From: Bacillota bacterium
GTDB lineage: Bacteria; Bacillota; JAAYKD01
DNA length: 64,000 nt
Assembly: GCA_963666425.2 (NCBI GenBank)
Contig: OY762825.2
Coordinates: forward strand, 352,001-416,000
Direction: 5' to 3'
In this document: positions 10,487 through 19,224 of the stretch, piece by piece
Layout of the letters: the number at the start of each line of letters is the position of its first letter
How positions within the stretch are numbered: position 1 is the stretch's first letter
Made by a program: the position numbers and the translations under genes
The notes under the pieces: generated by a model
Databases searched by the model: none
Seen by the model: the letters and a program-made list of their open reading frames with translations, nothing else
Told to the model about the DNA's origin: nothing

Positions 10487-12004
10487 TTAGACTTGTTTGA
10501 CAAAAAGAAAACTGGCAGCAGTCGTATCTCTGCTGCTTTGATAGGTGAAAGCAATGATACGCCCCTCCTGATCCCGGTTGAATTTCAAGTAAACATCGGA
10601 ACGGCAGGCATTGGGTAGACATAGAAACAGATCTTGCTCAAGCGATAAATAAGTCAAATCCGAAGCGGTATCGTGCTGATTGAGATTGCTGACAACGAGA
10701 TTATTCTGCATCGGCTCGACCTGATAGGCTGTCTCAAGCGCAGGGCAGCGATAAGTCCCGCGATACTCGAGCCACGGCTGCATGAATCTATCTTCTTTGA
10801 CGTCCGCTAACCAGGCTGCATCTGATGCCTTTTCTGCGCTGTGTTGACTGCTGCTGCCAGGGACGGTAGAGTCAAACCCGACCATGCGCGATTGATTTTC
10901 CGGTTTTTCACTGTTTTGACCGAGCAGCAAGCGCAAAACACGCTCCAAGAGATTATTGTTTTTAAAACCAATATCCATTTCATAAACAAAGTCGCTGTGA
11001 TTGCCCAAGGTGATCACAGATGTTTTCAGCTCCGGTATTTGAATATAATATGCGCTGTAGCCTCCGGCAGACCCACCATGATGGATGATTTTCCGGCCGG
11101 CAAATTCTCCTATGAAGAGTCCGCAGCCATAACCGGTAAGAGCTCCGTTGTTTAGTTTTCCGGATGATGTCAGAAAATCAACCAGGCTCTGTGAACCTTT
11201 TCCTAAAATATTATGGTAAAAATTCTGATCCCAACGCAAGAAATCTTCTACAGTCGTCCAAATCTGACCCGCACCGCCCACTTCAACAACTTCTTCATTT
11301 AAAGAATAAAAATCGTTGCGGCTGCAATACGGCTTGCGGTGGTCATTGGCATGCATCCGACTGTAATTGCTATAACCGGCTGCTTTGTTTTTGATGATTT
11401 TCGTGTGATCATCGCGAATCAAAGTATGGCTCATCCCCAGTGGCTGAAAAATCTGTTCATCAGCAAATTGACTCAAAGACAGATTGGTCAGCTTTTCCAC
11501 CAATTGCCCAAGTAAAAAATAGCCGCTGTTGCCATAACTCCAGCGTTCACCGCTTTTAAACAAGCGCCAATCACAAGCAGTAAGATAACGCCAGAATTCT
11601 GCGCGGCTGATTGCTTCATCTTCATGGATTCCGCAAACCGCACTGGCGGTCTCATAAACATCCGGCAAACCGTTGGTCATCTGCAGCAAGTTTAGAATCG
11701 TAATCGGATCACCTCTGTCATTGACCTGAGGAAAATAGGTTCTGATGTCTTGCTCTGCCGTTAGCTTTCCTTCTTCAATCAATAATGCGATACAAGCAGC
11801 TGTGAATTGCTTGGCAAGGGAACAACCATGGAAAACCGTCTGAGGCCCAATCGGGATCTGATGCTCCAAATTCGCCAAGCCATATCCCTTACAAAAGATC
11901 AAATCCTGGTTCTTCACAATACCAAGCAGAAAGCCGGGGTCATTATTCCTGTTGTATTTCTGACAAATCAACTCGATCTGTGCTAAGTCTTGTTTTACCG
12001 ACAC
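10487..12004 (-). CDS. Serine hydrolase, beta-lactamase/class C-like fold, with C-terminal extension; no obvious signal peptide
   Basis: SxxK (CSLAK), YxN (SYGN), HGG triad; GYGLANLE. Confidence 0.85.
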   Translation of the reverse strand: MSVKQDLAQIELICQKYNRNNDPGFLLGIVKNQDLIFCKGYGLANLEHQIPIGPQTVFHGCSLAKQFTAACIALLIEEGKLTAEQDIRTYFPQVNDRGDPITILNLLQMTNGLPDVYETASAVCGIHEDEAISRAEFWRYLTACDWRLFKSGERWSYGNSGYFLLGQLVEKLTNLSLSQFADEQIFQPLGMSHTLIRDDHTKIIKNKAAGYSNYSRMHANDHRKPYCSRNDFYSLNEEVVEVGGAGQIWTTVEDFLRWDQNFYHNILGKGSQSLVDFLTSSGKLNNGALTGYGCGLFIGEFAGRKIIHHGGSAGGYSAYYIQIPELKTSVITLGNHSDFVYEMDIGFKNNNLLERVLRLLLGQNSEKPENQSRMVGFDSTVPGSSSQHSAEKASDAAWLADVKEDRFMQPWLEYRGTYRCPALETAYQVEPMQNNLVVSNLNQHDTASDLTYLSLEQDLFLCLPNACRSDVYLKFNRDQEGRIIAFTYQSSRDTTAASFLFVKQV

Positions 12005-12133
12005 TCTGTTTCATCCTACTTTCTTGCTAAATTTACGGAAGACAACACACCTATGTTTTCCAAACAAAATCAACTATAAAACAAAATCCACCGCAAAACA
12101 AGGTAGAGTTTGATTATAGAGATAAAATACACA

Positions 12134-12164
12134 AAAGCAGCCGCTCTCATGATTCGGCTGCTTT
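12134..12164 (-). terminator. Intrinsic terminator immediately after the CD3324-family gene
   Basis: AAAGCAGCCG/CGGCTGCTTT stem followed by TTTTGTGTATTTT. Confidence 0.7.
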
Positions 12165-12169
12165 GCGAT

Positions 12170-12436
12170 TTATACTTTACGATAAAGAATGCTCTTGATC
12201 GCATCATAGGATAAATGGTATTCACTAATTAACTCGTCGATACTGGCTCCATTTTGTTTTCTCTCTCTAATTTGACTGTTACGCTCCAGTATGCGATTTT
12301 TACAATTGGTAGAAGCACCCCAATTCTTCCTACGGGCTTGATTTTGTGGGATGTAGATGATGCTGCCGCTGACATATTGTTGAATTTGCTGCAGCAGATT
12401 CTCCGGTAAAATATCGTTTGCATTAATATATTGCAT
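12170..12436 (-). CDS. CD3324 family / Mor-like HTH regulator
   Basis: MQYINANDILPENLLQQIQQYVSGSIIYIP...WG...RNSQI...GASIDELISEYHLSYDAIKSILY pattern. Confidence 0.8.
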   Translation of the reverse strand: MQYINANDILPENLLQQIQQYVSGSIIYIPQNQARRKNWGASTNCKNRILERNSQIRERKQNGASIDELISEYHLSYDAIKSILYRKV

Positions 12437-12442
12437 TTAAAT

Positions 12443-12596
12443 CCTGCCTCTTTTCTTGTCTTGATCAGAAAGCAGGGTTATCAAAATGAAGTCAATCAGC
12501 GATTCTTGATTTTAGCTCTATGCAACCAATCGCTGCATTTATTTGCCTAACCCCGCATAGAGCAGCATGCCGATTTTTAACACGTTGTCACCTCCA
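12443..12596 (-). promoter_or_regulatory. Leader-peptide translational attenuator upstream of the CD3324-family gene
   Basis: Four complementary pairs: 12555-63/12515-23, 12528-35/12497-504, 12548-56/12472-80, and CCTGCTTT against the SD region GAGGCAGG at 12443-50. Confidence 0.6.
12539..12583 (-). CDS. 14-aa leader peptide MLKIGMLLYAGLGK
   Basis: SD GGAGGTG, then GTG start and TAA stop; lies within the attenuator helices. Confidence 0.65.
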   Translation of the reverse strand: MLKIGMLLYAGLGK

Positions 12597-12696
12597 AAAG
12601 CCAATGTGAACTTATTTTCCTACTGAACTCTGCTTCTAATTCGTGAGCTCTGCCGGGAAAGCCTGCTGAATTTTCGATCATCTGACGCAAAATATA

Positions 12697-12737
12697 AAAA
12701 AACCGCTCGCAGCTTTTTAAAAGGCGAGCGGTTTTTT
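12697..12737. terminator. Intrinsic terminator ending the amidohydrolase-DUF3100 operon
   Basis: AAAAAACCGCTCGC/GCGAGCGGTTTTTT. Confidence 0.8.
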
Positions 12738-12753
12738 AACGCGGTAAGAAAAA

Positions 12754-13266
12754 TTAGATTTGTCCGGTCGCCTTCAAAGCGATTTGGGCAATGATGGCGG
12801 AAGCCATATAGGTTCCGATAAAGGTAAATAATGCGGTAACCACAATCGCCACACCTTGTTTTCTGAAGGCGGGCAGATCTTTACCGATGGAAATACCGGC
12901 ATAAGACAGAATCGGTGTGCAAAGCGGCAGCAGACCGATTTTGTTGAATTCAGTGGACATCCAGGTAGCGATCGGAGAAAGGCCAGGAATACCAACTAAA
13001 ATAGCGATCATGGAAATAAACAGAATACTTGGAAGATCGGCCTTCGGCCATTTTTTCTCGACCCAGTCGGTGATGATTAAGCCAACCACACAAATGGCTA
13101 CCATCAATAACAATGCCGGCCAAACATCCCAAGGCATATAAATTTTTACTTTATCAGGGGTAAGTGATCTGGTTTTGGTCACCCAAGTATTGATTGTATT
13201 ACCGATGGAAGCAAACAAAATTGAAAAAAACAAAACTTTTAAGCGTGTTGCCCATTTTTCTGACAT
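12754..13266 (-). CDS. Membrane protein, partner of DUF3100 (putative two-subunit transporter)
   Basis: 5 TM helices; LCTPILSYAGISIGKDL...TFIGTY motif; adjacent to DUF3100. Confidence 0.7.
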   Translation of the reverse strand: MSEKWATRLKVLFFSILFASIGNTINTWVTKTRSLTPDKVKIYMPWDVWPALLLMVAICVVGLIITDWVEKKWPKADLPSILFISMIAILVGIPGLSPIATWMSTEFNKIGLLPLCTPILSYAGISIGKDLPAFRKQGVAIVVTALFTFIGTYMASAIIAQIALKATGQI

Positions 13267-13283
13267 GGTTTTCCCTCCTTACT

Positions 13284-14159
13284 CTATTTTACTTTATGAG
13301 TTGGTGCCAATTCAGCTTCAGTGATACCGGGGTTTCTGATCTTTTTCAATTTCCGATAGAACCAATTCGTGAAGGGGATGGCTACGAATAAGTTAATATA
13401 TAAGCCATCAATACCGGTCAAGATTTGGCTGCCGGCAGCATAAGCCTGCATTTGAGCAACCACTTCCGGAACGGTAAGCATTTTACCGGCCACATTGGTC
13501 ATTAAGCTCGGATCTACCGAGAATTTATCAATCAAAGGAGCCAATGCTGCGGTCATCATGGAAGCGGAACCGGTGCCGCAAGCCATAGCCAAAGCGAAAG
13601 GATGGAAAAGTCCGCTGGCCAGAGCAGCAGAAGACATTAAACTATTGAAAATTGTACCAAGCAGAGTGCCGGTAACATAACCGCCCATAACGCCGCGACC
13701 TTCCGCAGAGTCCAGACCATATAAATCACCGACAACAGCAAGAGAACCTTCACGGGAAATTGAGAAGGTAACACCAACTGCCTCACGGCCCATATTGAAC
13801 AGGAAAATTGCAACCGGCATCGAGAAGAGGATCGGGCCTAAGTTGCCGATTTCCTGCAGCAATAAAGCCGGTCCGGCTTTGATAACTTGCTGTAAGTTCG
13901 GGCCGATAGTAGAACCGACTTTGCAGGTTAACAAAGTAACGCTGATACCAATGTAAGGAGAAGCGGTCTTCATCATATCCATATCAATGACTTTAATGAT
14001 GGATAGAATCGCACCGATCACCAAAGCATAGAGCATCGGGAACAAAGTAAAACTTAAGATACCTTGAACAAATTTAAAGTTTCCGATCAGCTCTGATGCA
14101 ATAACGAGCAGGAGACAAAATAAATGGACTTTCCAGTCTTTTAAATTGAAGCCTTTCAT
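13284..14159 (-). CDS. DUF3100 family membrane protein
   Basis: AGPALLLQEIGNLG, MGREAVG..FSISRE, EGRGVMG, ALAMACGTGSASMM. Confidence 0.85.
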   Translation of the reverse strand: MKGFNLKDWKVHLFCLLLVIASELIGNFKFVQGILSFTLFPMLYALVIGAILSIIKVIDMDMMKTASPYIGISVTLLTCKVGSTIGPNLQQVIKAGPALLLQEIGNLGPILFSMPVAIFLFNMGREAVGVTFSISREGSLAVVGDLYGLDSAEGRGVMGGYVTGTLLGTIFNSLMSSAALASGLFHPFALAMACGTGSASMMTAALAPLIDKFSVDPSLMTNVAGKMLTVPEVVAQMQAYAAGSQILTGIDGLYINLFVAIPFTNWFYRKLKKIRNPGITEAELAPTHKVK

Positions 14160-14244
14160 AAACAGTATTCCCTCCTAATTCCAAATTTGTGTGGGTTTCC
14201 AGGGAGTTACCCCTTTAGGTTGATAAAACGCAATGATTGATGGT

Positions 14245-15555
14245 TTAGAGGTGACCCCAGTCTCTGAGATACTCTGCCTTGGTCATTGGGGCTTTGAAGT
14301 TGTTTTTAATTTCTAAACCAATCTTAGCGCCATCGGCCAGCAGATCAATCGCTGTGCAGACAAGTGCCTTTGCGGAAGTAATATAGGCTGTTTCTTTGTC
14401 GATCAGCATAAATTCTCTGGTATGTGCTCCGCCTTCAGAGCCGCCCATATAGGTATGGATCGTCGGCATCAAATAGGAAACATCGCCGGCATCGGTGGAA
14501 CCGCCGCCATGCGCACCCTGTCTTTGAACTGCTTTTTCACCGACTAATGTTTTAAGGTTTTCATACATCACATCAGTTAATTGCTCGTCAAAATTCATCG
14601 GCAGATAACCGGGAAGTTCTGTAATAATCGTTTTGGCGCCGACTGCGTCACCGCCGGCCTTAAAGGCACGGTTAACTTTCGCACTGGCATCCAGGATTGC
14701 TGTTACATTGCTGCCGCGGACATAAGTTTCCAGTCTGACATCAGCAGGAACCACATTGACCAAATCGCCGCCTTTGGTGATGATTGGGTGAACGCGGATA
14801 TGATCCTCATCTTTGAATGTTTCACGCTGTGCATGGACTGCCATCAAACCGATATTGGCAGCATTTAAAGCGTTGATACCATTATGAGGTGCTCCGCCGG
14901 CATGTGCTTCTTTACCAATGTATTGAATCAATTTGCCGGTAAAACCATTGGCTTCATTTCTAACAACAGCTTTGGTTCCATCCGTGTAGCTGGAGGTATG
15001 CTGCATCACCATGATGTCAATATCGTCCATCACGCCAAGTTTGATAAATTCTTGCTTGCCGCCCAGGAAGCTGATTTTACCTTCATTCCGTAAACCGGCT
15101 CTGTAACCGATTTCAACATATTCTTCTGCCGGAACTGCCATTAAGACGATGTCACCAGACAGTTCTTCCATAATGCCAGTACCTTTCAAAGCATATGCAA
15201 CGCCGGTTAAACCCGCGATCATACAATTATGGCCACAGGCATGAGCTGCTCCTGTTTCAGCGCAGACAAAAGGATGATCCTGTACAATCACAGCATCAAG
15301 TTCACCCATAATAGCAACTTTCATCTTTGATTCTTTGCCTTTACGAGGAGCAATAATGCCGGTAATCCCTACGCCATCCTGATAAGTGTAGCCGAGTTGA
15401 TCGAATACTTTCTTTACTTTCGCGGCAGTTTTGAATTCTTTGTACCCTAGTTCCGGTTCTTTCAGAATGGAATCACCGATCGCCATGATTTTATCGCGGT
15501 TTTTGTCGATTGCATCACAAGCAATTTTCTTGAGTTCCTCTTTGGTGTGTTTCAT
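14245..15555 (-). CDS. M20 family amidohydrolase
   Basis: PELGYKEFKT, GELDA, HACGHN, PAEE, HAGGAP, GSTDAGD. Confidence 0.9.
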   Translation of the reverse strand: MKHTKEELKKIACDAIDKNRDKIMAIGDSILKEPELGYKEFKTAAKVKKVFDQLGYTYQDGVGITGIIAPRKGKESKMKVAIMGELDAVIVQDHPFVCAETGAAHACGHNCMIAGLTGVAYALKGTGIMEELSGDIVLMAVPAEEYVEIGYRAGLRNEGKISFLGGKQEFIKLGVMDDIDIMVMQHTSSYTDGTKAVVRNEANGFTGKLIQYIGKEAHAGGAPHNGINALNAANIGLMAVHAQRETFKDEDHIRVHPIITKGGDLVNVVPADVRLETYVRGSNVTAILDASAKVNRAFKAGGDAVGAKTIITELPGYLPMNFDEQLTDVMYENLKTLVGEKAVQRQGAHGGGSTDAGDVSYLMPTIHTYMGGSEGGAHTREFMLIDKETAYITSAKALVCTAIDLLADGAKIGLEIKNNFKAPMTKAEYLRDWGHL

Positions 15556-15559
15556 CCGT

Positions 15560-16232
15560 AGCCCTCCATTTCAGCGCACGACTTACGTGCTTGCTTTCAC
15601 CTCTGCATCGTGAAGTTCACTAAAACACCGAAAATTCTGCTGCTGTGCCATGCAGATTCCCAGAGCATCATTTCAAAACACTGACGCTGATGTGAATATG
15701 CATTGAACTTAAGTGAACACGCAAATTCTATGGTTGTGTCCGCCGAGAGTATCTTCAGCCGATGCAAATGCAGATGGTTCGTTATACTAGGGACCCGTTT
15801 TTCCGGAAGCCAGTGAGCCAGTACTTTTCATGTGTACGCATGCCCCCTCCTTTCCTGATACACATGGATCTTTTCCCTTCCTTTACTAGACAGGAAGCAG
15901 TCTCTGACGAACTTTAAGTTTGTATGAAAACGATTGGCGGACTGCCGATAAGATAGGCTGCAACAGTTTGCACAAAGTTAACTGTTTAAAACAGGCGGCA
16001 CGGGAAAAGAACGGAAGGCAAATCGTGGACTATTTTGCATAAACATTCATATCAATGTATATTTACGTGTTTATTCCTTGCCCTTTACTCTCGCAATGCA
16101 AACCCAACAGTAACCGCAGCACCTGACTTTGACCGGTATCCTTTTGTGAATAAATAATGAAGATAAAACTGGTTGATTCGTCATGGACAGGAATTACTTC
16201 GCCTTCCGGAATCTCAAATCCTTTTCATACAA
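15560..16232 (-). ncRNA. Candidate long structured leader RNA of unknown class
   Basis: Promoter directly upstream, no ORF of 60 aa or more, many nested complementary segments (see findings). Confidence 0.4.
15782..15841 (-). CDS. Putative 19-aa small ORF MRTHEKYWLTGFRKNGSLV
   Basis: Strong SD AAAGGAGG, 5 nt before ATG; TAA stop. Confidence 0.45.
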   Translation of the reverse strand: MRTHEKYWLTGFRKNGSLV

Positions 16233-16257
16233 TAGACTATTTTATCAAATTTGTCAA
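16229..16257 (-). promoter_or_regulatory. Sigma-A-like promoter of the amidohydrolase leader
   Basis: TTGACA-17 nt-TATTGT; overlapping alternative extended -10 TGaTAAAAT; AT-rich upstream tract. Confidence 0.6.
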
Positions 16258-16609
16258 CAATTAATTACGTCAAAAAATGATTTCCCTATAAAATACCAAA
16301 GTAATAATAATTCATTTCTAACATAACTGTCACTATCTGTCTTTCTCTGTGGAAAATGTTAATGTAAGAACGAAAAACATTATTATAGATTCAACCTGTT
16401 CTTAAAGAAATATTGTATAAAAACTTAACCTGTTGTTCATAAAAAATTCAATTTATCCTGAAAATAAGTTTACTTTTCGCATGTTTCATCATATTCTATC
16501 CTGCTTCAATCTAGAACGAATCCCAGCATATTTACTGTAATCACAGTATAATTATAAGAAATTATTCGAAAGTAATTAGGAGAGTGCCTTATTATGGAAA
16601 CAGGGTAAA

Positions 16610-16816
16610 TCAGGAAAACGAATCTGTCAGGATTTTCGCTACCCTGCCGACAATGCCGCTGACCAATCTGACCTTGATTCCGTGCGGATGCGTAGGTGAA
16701 TTGGTTAGAATATCTTTGACAATACCTTCGGTTAATTTCCCGCTTGCTTGATGCTGCTTTTGTACAACCATAACAGCAAGACCCGGCTTAATATGATTAC
16801 GAATTCTTGCATCCAT
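16610..16816 (-). CDS. YwbE family (DUF2196) protein
   Basis: IKPGLAVMVVQKQHQASGKLTEGIVKDILTNSPTHPHGIKVRLVSGIVGRV; ATG at 16816 after GAGGA. Confidence 0.9.
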   Translation of the reverse strand: MDARIRNHIKPGLAVMVVQKQHQASGKLTEGIVKDILTNSPTHPHGIKVRLVSGIVGRVAKILTDSFS

Positions 16817-16840
16817 CTTACTTCCTCTTTCCAATCCTGA

Positions 16841-17590
16841 TTAAGATTCCTTTGCATAGGAAATTTGCTCCAGATAGAGTCCTTCCGGTGGAGCCATTTC
16901 ACCGGTGAGGATACGCTCATCGGAAAGCAGGATCAGGGGAATCTCTTCCGCTTTTTTTTCACCCAAACCAATTTCAATTAAAGTGCCGACGATTTTGCGA
17001 ACCATGTTATAGAGAAAGCCATCGCCGCAAATGCGAATCTCAACCATTCCCTGTTTTTGTTCGATTTCCAGCGAATGAATGGTGCGAATTTTGTCTTTTT
17101 TATTTGATTTTGCATTGGAATAAACCGTGAAATCATGCTGCCCAAGAAAATACTGGCTTGCATTTTTCATTTGCAGCAGATCTAATTTTTGTTCCACCTG
17201 CATGCTGTAATATCGCATAAAAGGATTACTGTAACTTTCATTCCAGATTTTATAAAGATAGGTCTTGCTTTTGGCATTGTAGCGCGCATGAAAGCGCTCG
17301 GATACTTCTTCTACGGCACAAATGCTGATCGCCTTGGGCAGACAGTGATTCAAAAAGTGCTTGATTTCCTGGCAATTAAGGTTATCCGCTATTTTAAAAT
17401 TCGCCGTCTGGGCAAGCGCATGAACGCCGGCATCGGTTCGGCTGGCGCCAACAATTTCAATGGGGTAACCAAGCATAGCAGACAGTGCCTTCTCAATGAT
17501 ACCTTGAATGGTATTCTCCGTATTACCCAAACGCTGCCATCCTCTAAAATGTTCCCCATCATATGCAATGGTCAATTTATAATTGTGCAT
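16841..17590 (-). CDS. truA: tRNA pseudouridine(38-40) synthase
   Basis: YDG..F.GWQ, GASRTDAGVHA, FHARYNA, FLYNMVR, APPEGL. Confidence 0.92.
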   Translation of the reverse strand: MHNYKLTIAYDGEHFRGWQRLGNTENTIQGIIEKALSAMLGYPIEIVGASRTDAGVHALAQTANFKIADNLNCQEIKHFLNHCLPKAISICAVEEVSERFHARYNAKSKTYLYKIWNESYSNPFMRYYSMQVEQKLDLLQMKNASQYFLGQHDFTVYSNAKSNKKDKIRTIHSLEIEQKQGMVEIRICGDGFLYNMVRKIVGTLIEIGLGEKKAEEIPLILLSDERILTGEMAPPEGLYLEQISYAKES

Positions 17591-17973
17591 CGGATTTCCT
17601 TTCTTATGATCAAAACTGGATTGAAGCGCTTTTAAGAATCAGTCCTCTGCCGGTTGACTTCATACACTGTCTGCTCTGCTTTATCGCGATCCCAGCAAAA
17701 TATTCCTTGTCTGACCACCAGACGCTGCTTTGTTTTTCTCTTCTCTGGTCTCTTTTTTTTCATCTTACCCTGAAAACAGATCACTGTCAAGCAGACTGCC
17801 AGCTGCAGCGCATGCACTCGTTGAAAACACTGCCATCTCAATTCAAAAAAAAAGCCCCTCTCATATATCTGAAAGAAGCTTTTTACTATAAACCACCCTA
17901 TTACCGATCGGGATAGATGCTGTTACCGCCAAGCGCTCCTTACAGCGAAGCGTGAAAAGATATCAAAAGAAAT

Positions 17974-19173
17974 TCACTGTAAGAGCGTGACATAAACCGC
18001 GGTTAAAATCGCTGTGGTAATCACACCGCAAATGTTTGCTCCTAACGCATAATCTAAGACAAATGCCATTTTGTTCTCTTTGCTGACTTCTTTCTGAGCC
18101 ACTTTAGCTGTGGAGGGAACACAAGATACGCCTGCAATGCCGATCACGGGATTGAAGTTTCTATTTTTAATGAAATAGATAAAGTAACCGCCTAAAATAC
18201 CGCCGATACCCGAAAGTGTCAAAGCAATAATACCAAGGACCAGTAATTTAAGCACAACCGGATTGAGCAGCGTGCTGGCATCACAAAGCACTCCCAGCAT
18301 CAAACCCAGGAAGAAGGTAGCAAAATACAAGAAACCGTTTTCGATCAATTCAATATATTTCGTTATGCCGGATTCTTTGATGGCAATTCCCAAGAAGAAA
18401 CTTAAAAACAAAGGCGCCGCTACCGGAAACAGTAAGCAAAGCACGGAGTTGGCAATGACTGCAAAAATCAATTTCTCCGAGGATGTGATATTGCGTTTCA
18501 CTTTCTCTGCTTTGATCGCTTTCCCTCTCAGTTCTTTCGGAACGAGCAGGCGGATCAGATAGGGGTAACCGCCATAGGTCAAGCTCAGGTATAAGTATGC
18601 GACAATTGTAATCGGCACGAAATACTCCGGCGCTAACTTCAGGGAAGCGAACAAGACCATCGGTCCATCGGCACCACCGATGATCGAGACGGCTGCCGCT
18701 GCTCCATTGCTCAGTCCCATCAGTTTCGCAATCGGATAAGTCGCTACCGTGCCGAGTTCAGCAAATAAAGCAATCGTCATACTGGTAAAAGGGTTGGCCA
18801 GAACAAAGCCAATATCACACATAATGCCGATGCCCATAAAGACCAGGCAGGCAATCAGGCCATTGCTGAAAGTAAATGTATAAATCGGCTGCAAAAAATC
18901 AATCTGCAGATATTTCATCAGGTCATTGGTGGAAGTCAGCATGGGATTGATGATCAGGTTGCCGATTTGGTTGTTTTCCATAAATAAGACTCCGGCATTG
19001 ATGGTTGACATACCGAGTCCCATTGGAATCATAATCAGTGGCTCCAATGTTCCTTTTTTACCGAGATAGACTAATAAAAAGCCAATAAAAATCAGAGCGA
19101 TACGGGCAATGACGATTTTAGGTTCCTGCGAGAACATTGTCCCGATGCCCTGAAAAAGGTTGATAAAATTCAT
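17974..19173 (-). CDS. oadB: Sodium ion-translocating decarboxylase subunit beta
   Basis: EPLIMIP, IIGGADGP, AYLYLSL, NPVIGIAGVSCVP, GANICGVI. Confidence 0.88.
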   Translation of the reverse strand: MNFINLFQGIGTMFSQEPKIVIARIALIFIGFLLVYLGKKGTLEPLIMIPMGLGMSTINAGVLFMENNQIGNLIINPMLTSTNDLMKYLQIDFLQPIYTFTFSNGLIACLVFMGIGIMCDIGFVLANPFTSMTIALFAELGTVATYPIAKLMGLSNGAAAAVSIIGGADGPMVLFASLKLAPEYFVPITIVAYLYLSLTYGGYPYLIRLLVPKELRGKAIKAEKVKRNITSSEKLIFAVIANSVLCLLFPVAAPLFLSFFLGIAIKESGITKYIELIENGFLYFATFFLGLMLGVLCDASTLLNPVVLKLLVLGIIALTLSGIGGILGGYFIYFIKNRNFNPVIGIAGVSCVPSTAKVAQKEVSKENKMAFVLDYALGANICGVITTAILTAVYVTLLQ

Positions 19174-19224
19174 GATCGCGCCATGCTTTCCAGCAGGATC
19201 AAAGATGCATAAGCATTCGGCTTG

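Noticed and set aside
15920-16232. TGT...ACA 16-bp inverted repeats as a MITE or invertible element
   Set aside because: No target-site duplication, no second copy and no recombinase in the window; RNA pairing fits better, though a genome-wide copy search is needed to exclude it
17632-17841. Basic 69-aa ORF upstream of truA
   Set aside because: Its plausible internal ATG overlaps the -10 of a TTGACA-17-TAAGAT promoter (about 17762-17790) and has no SD; probably 5' UTR
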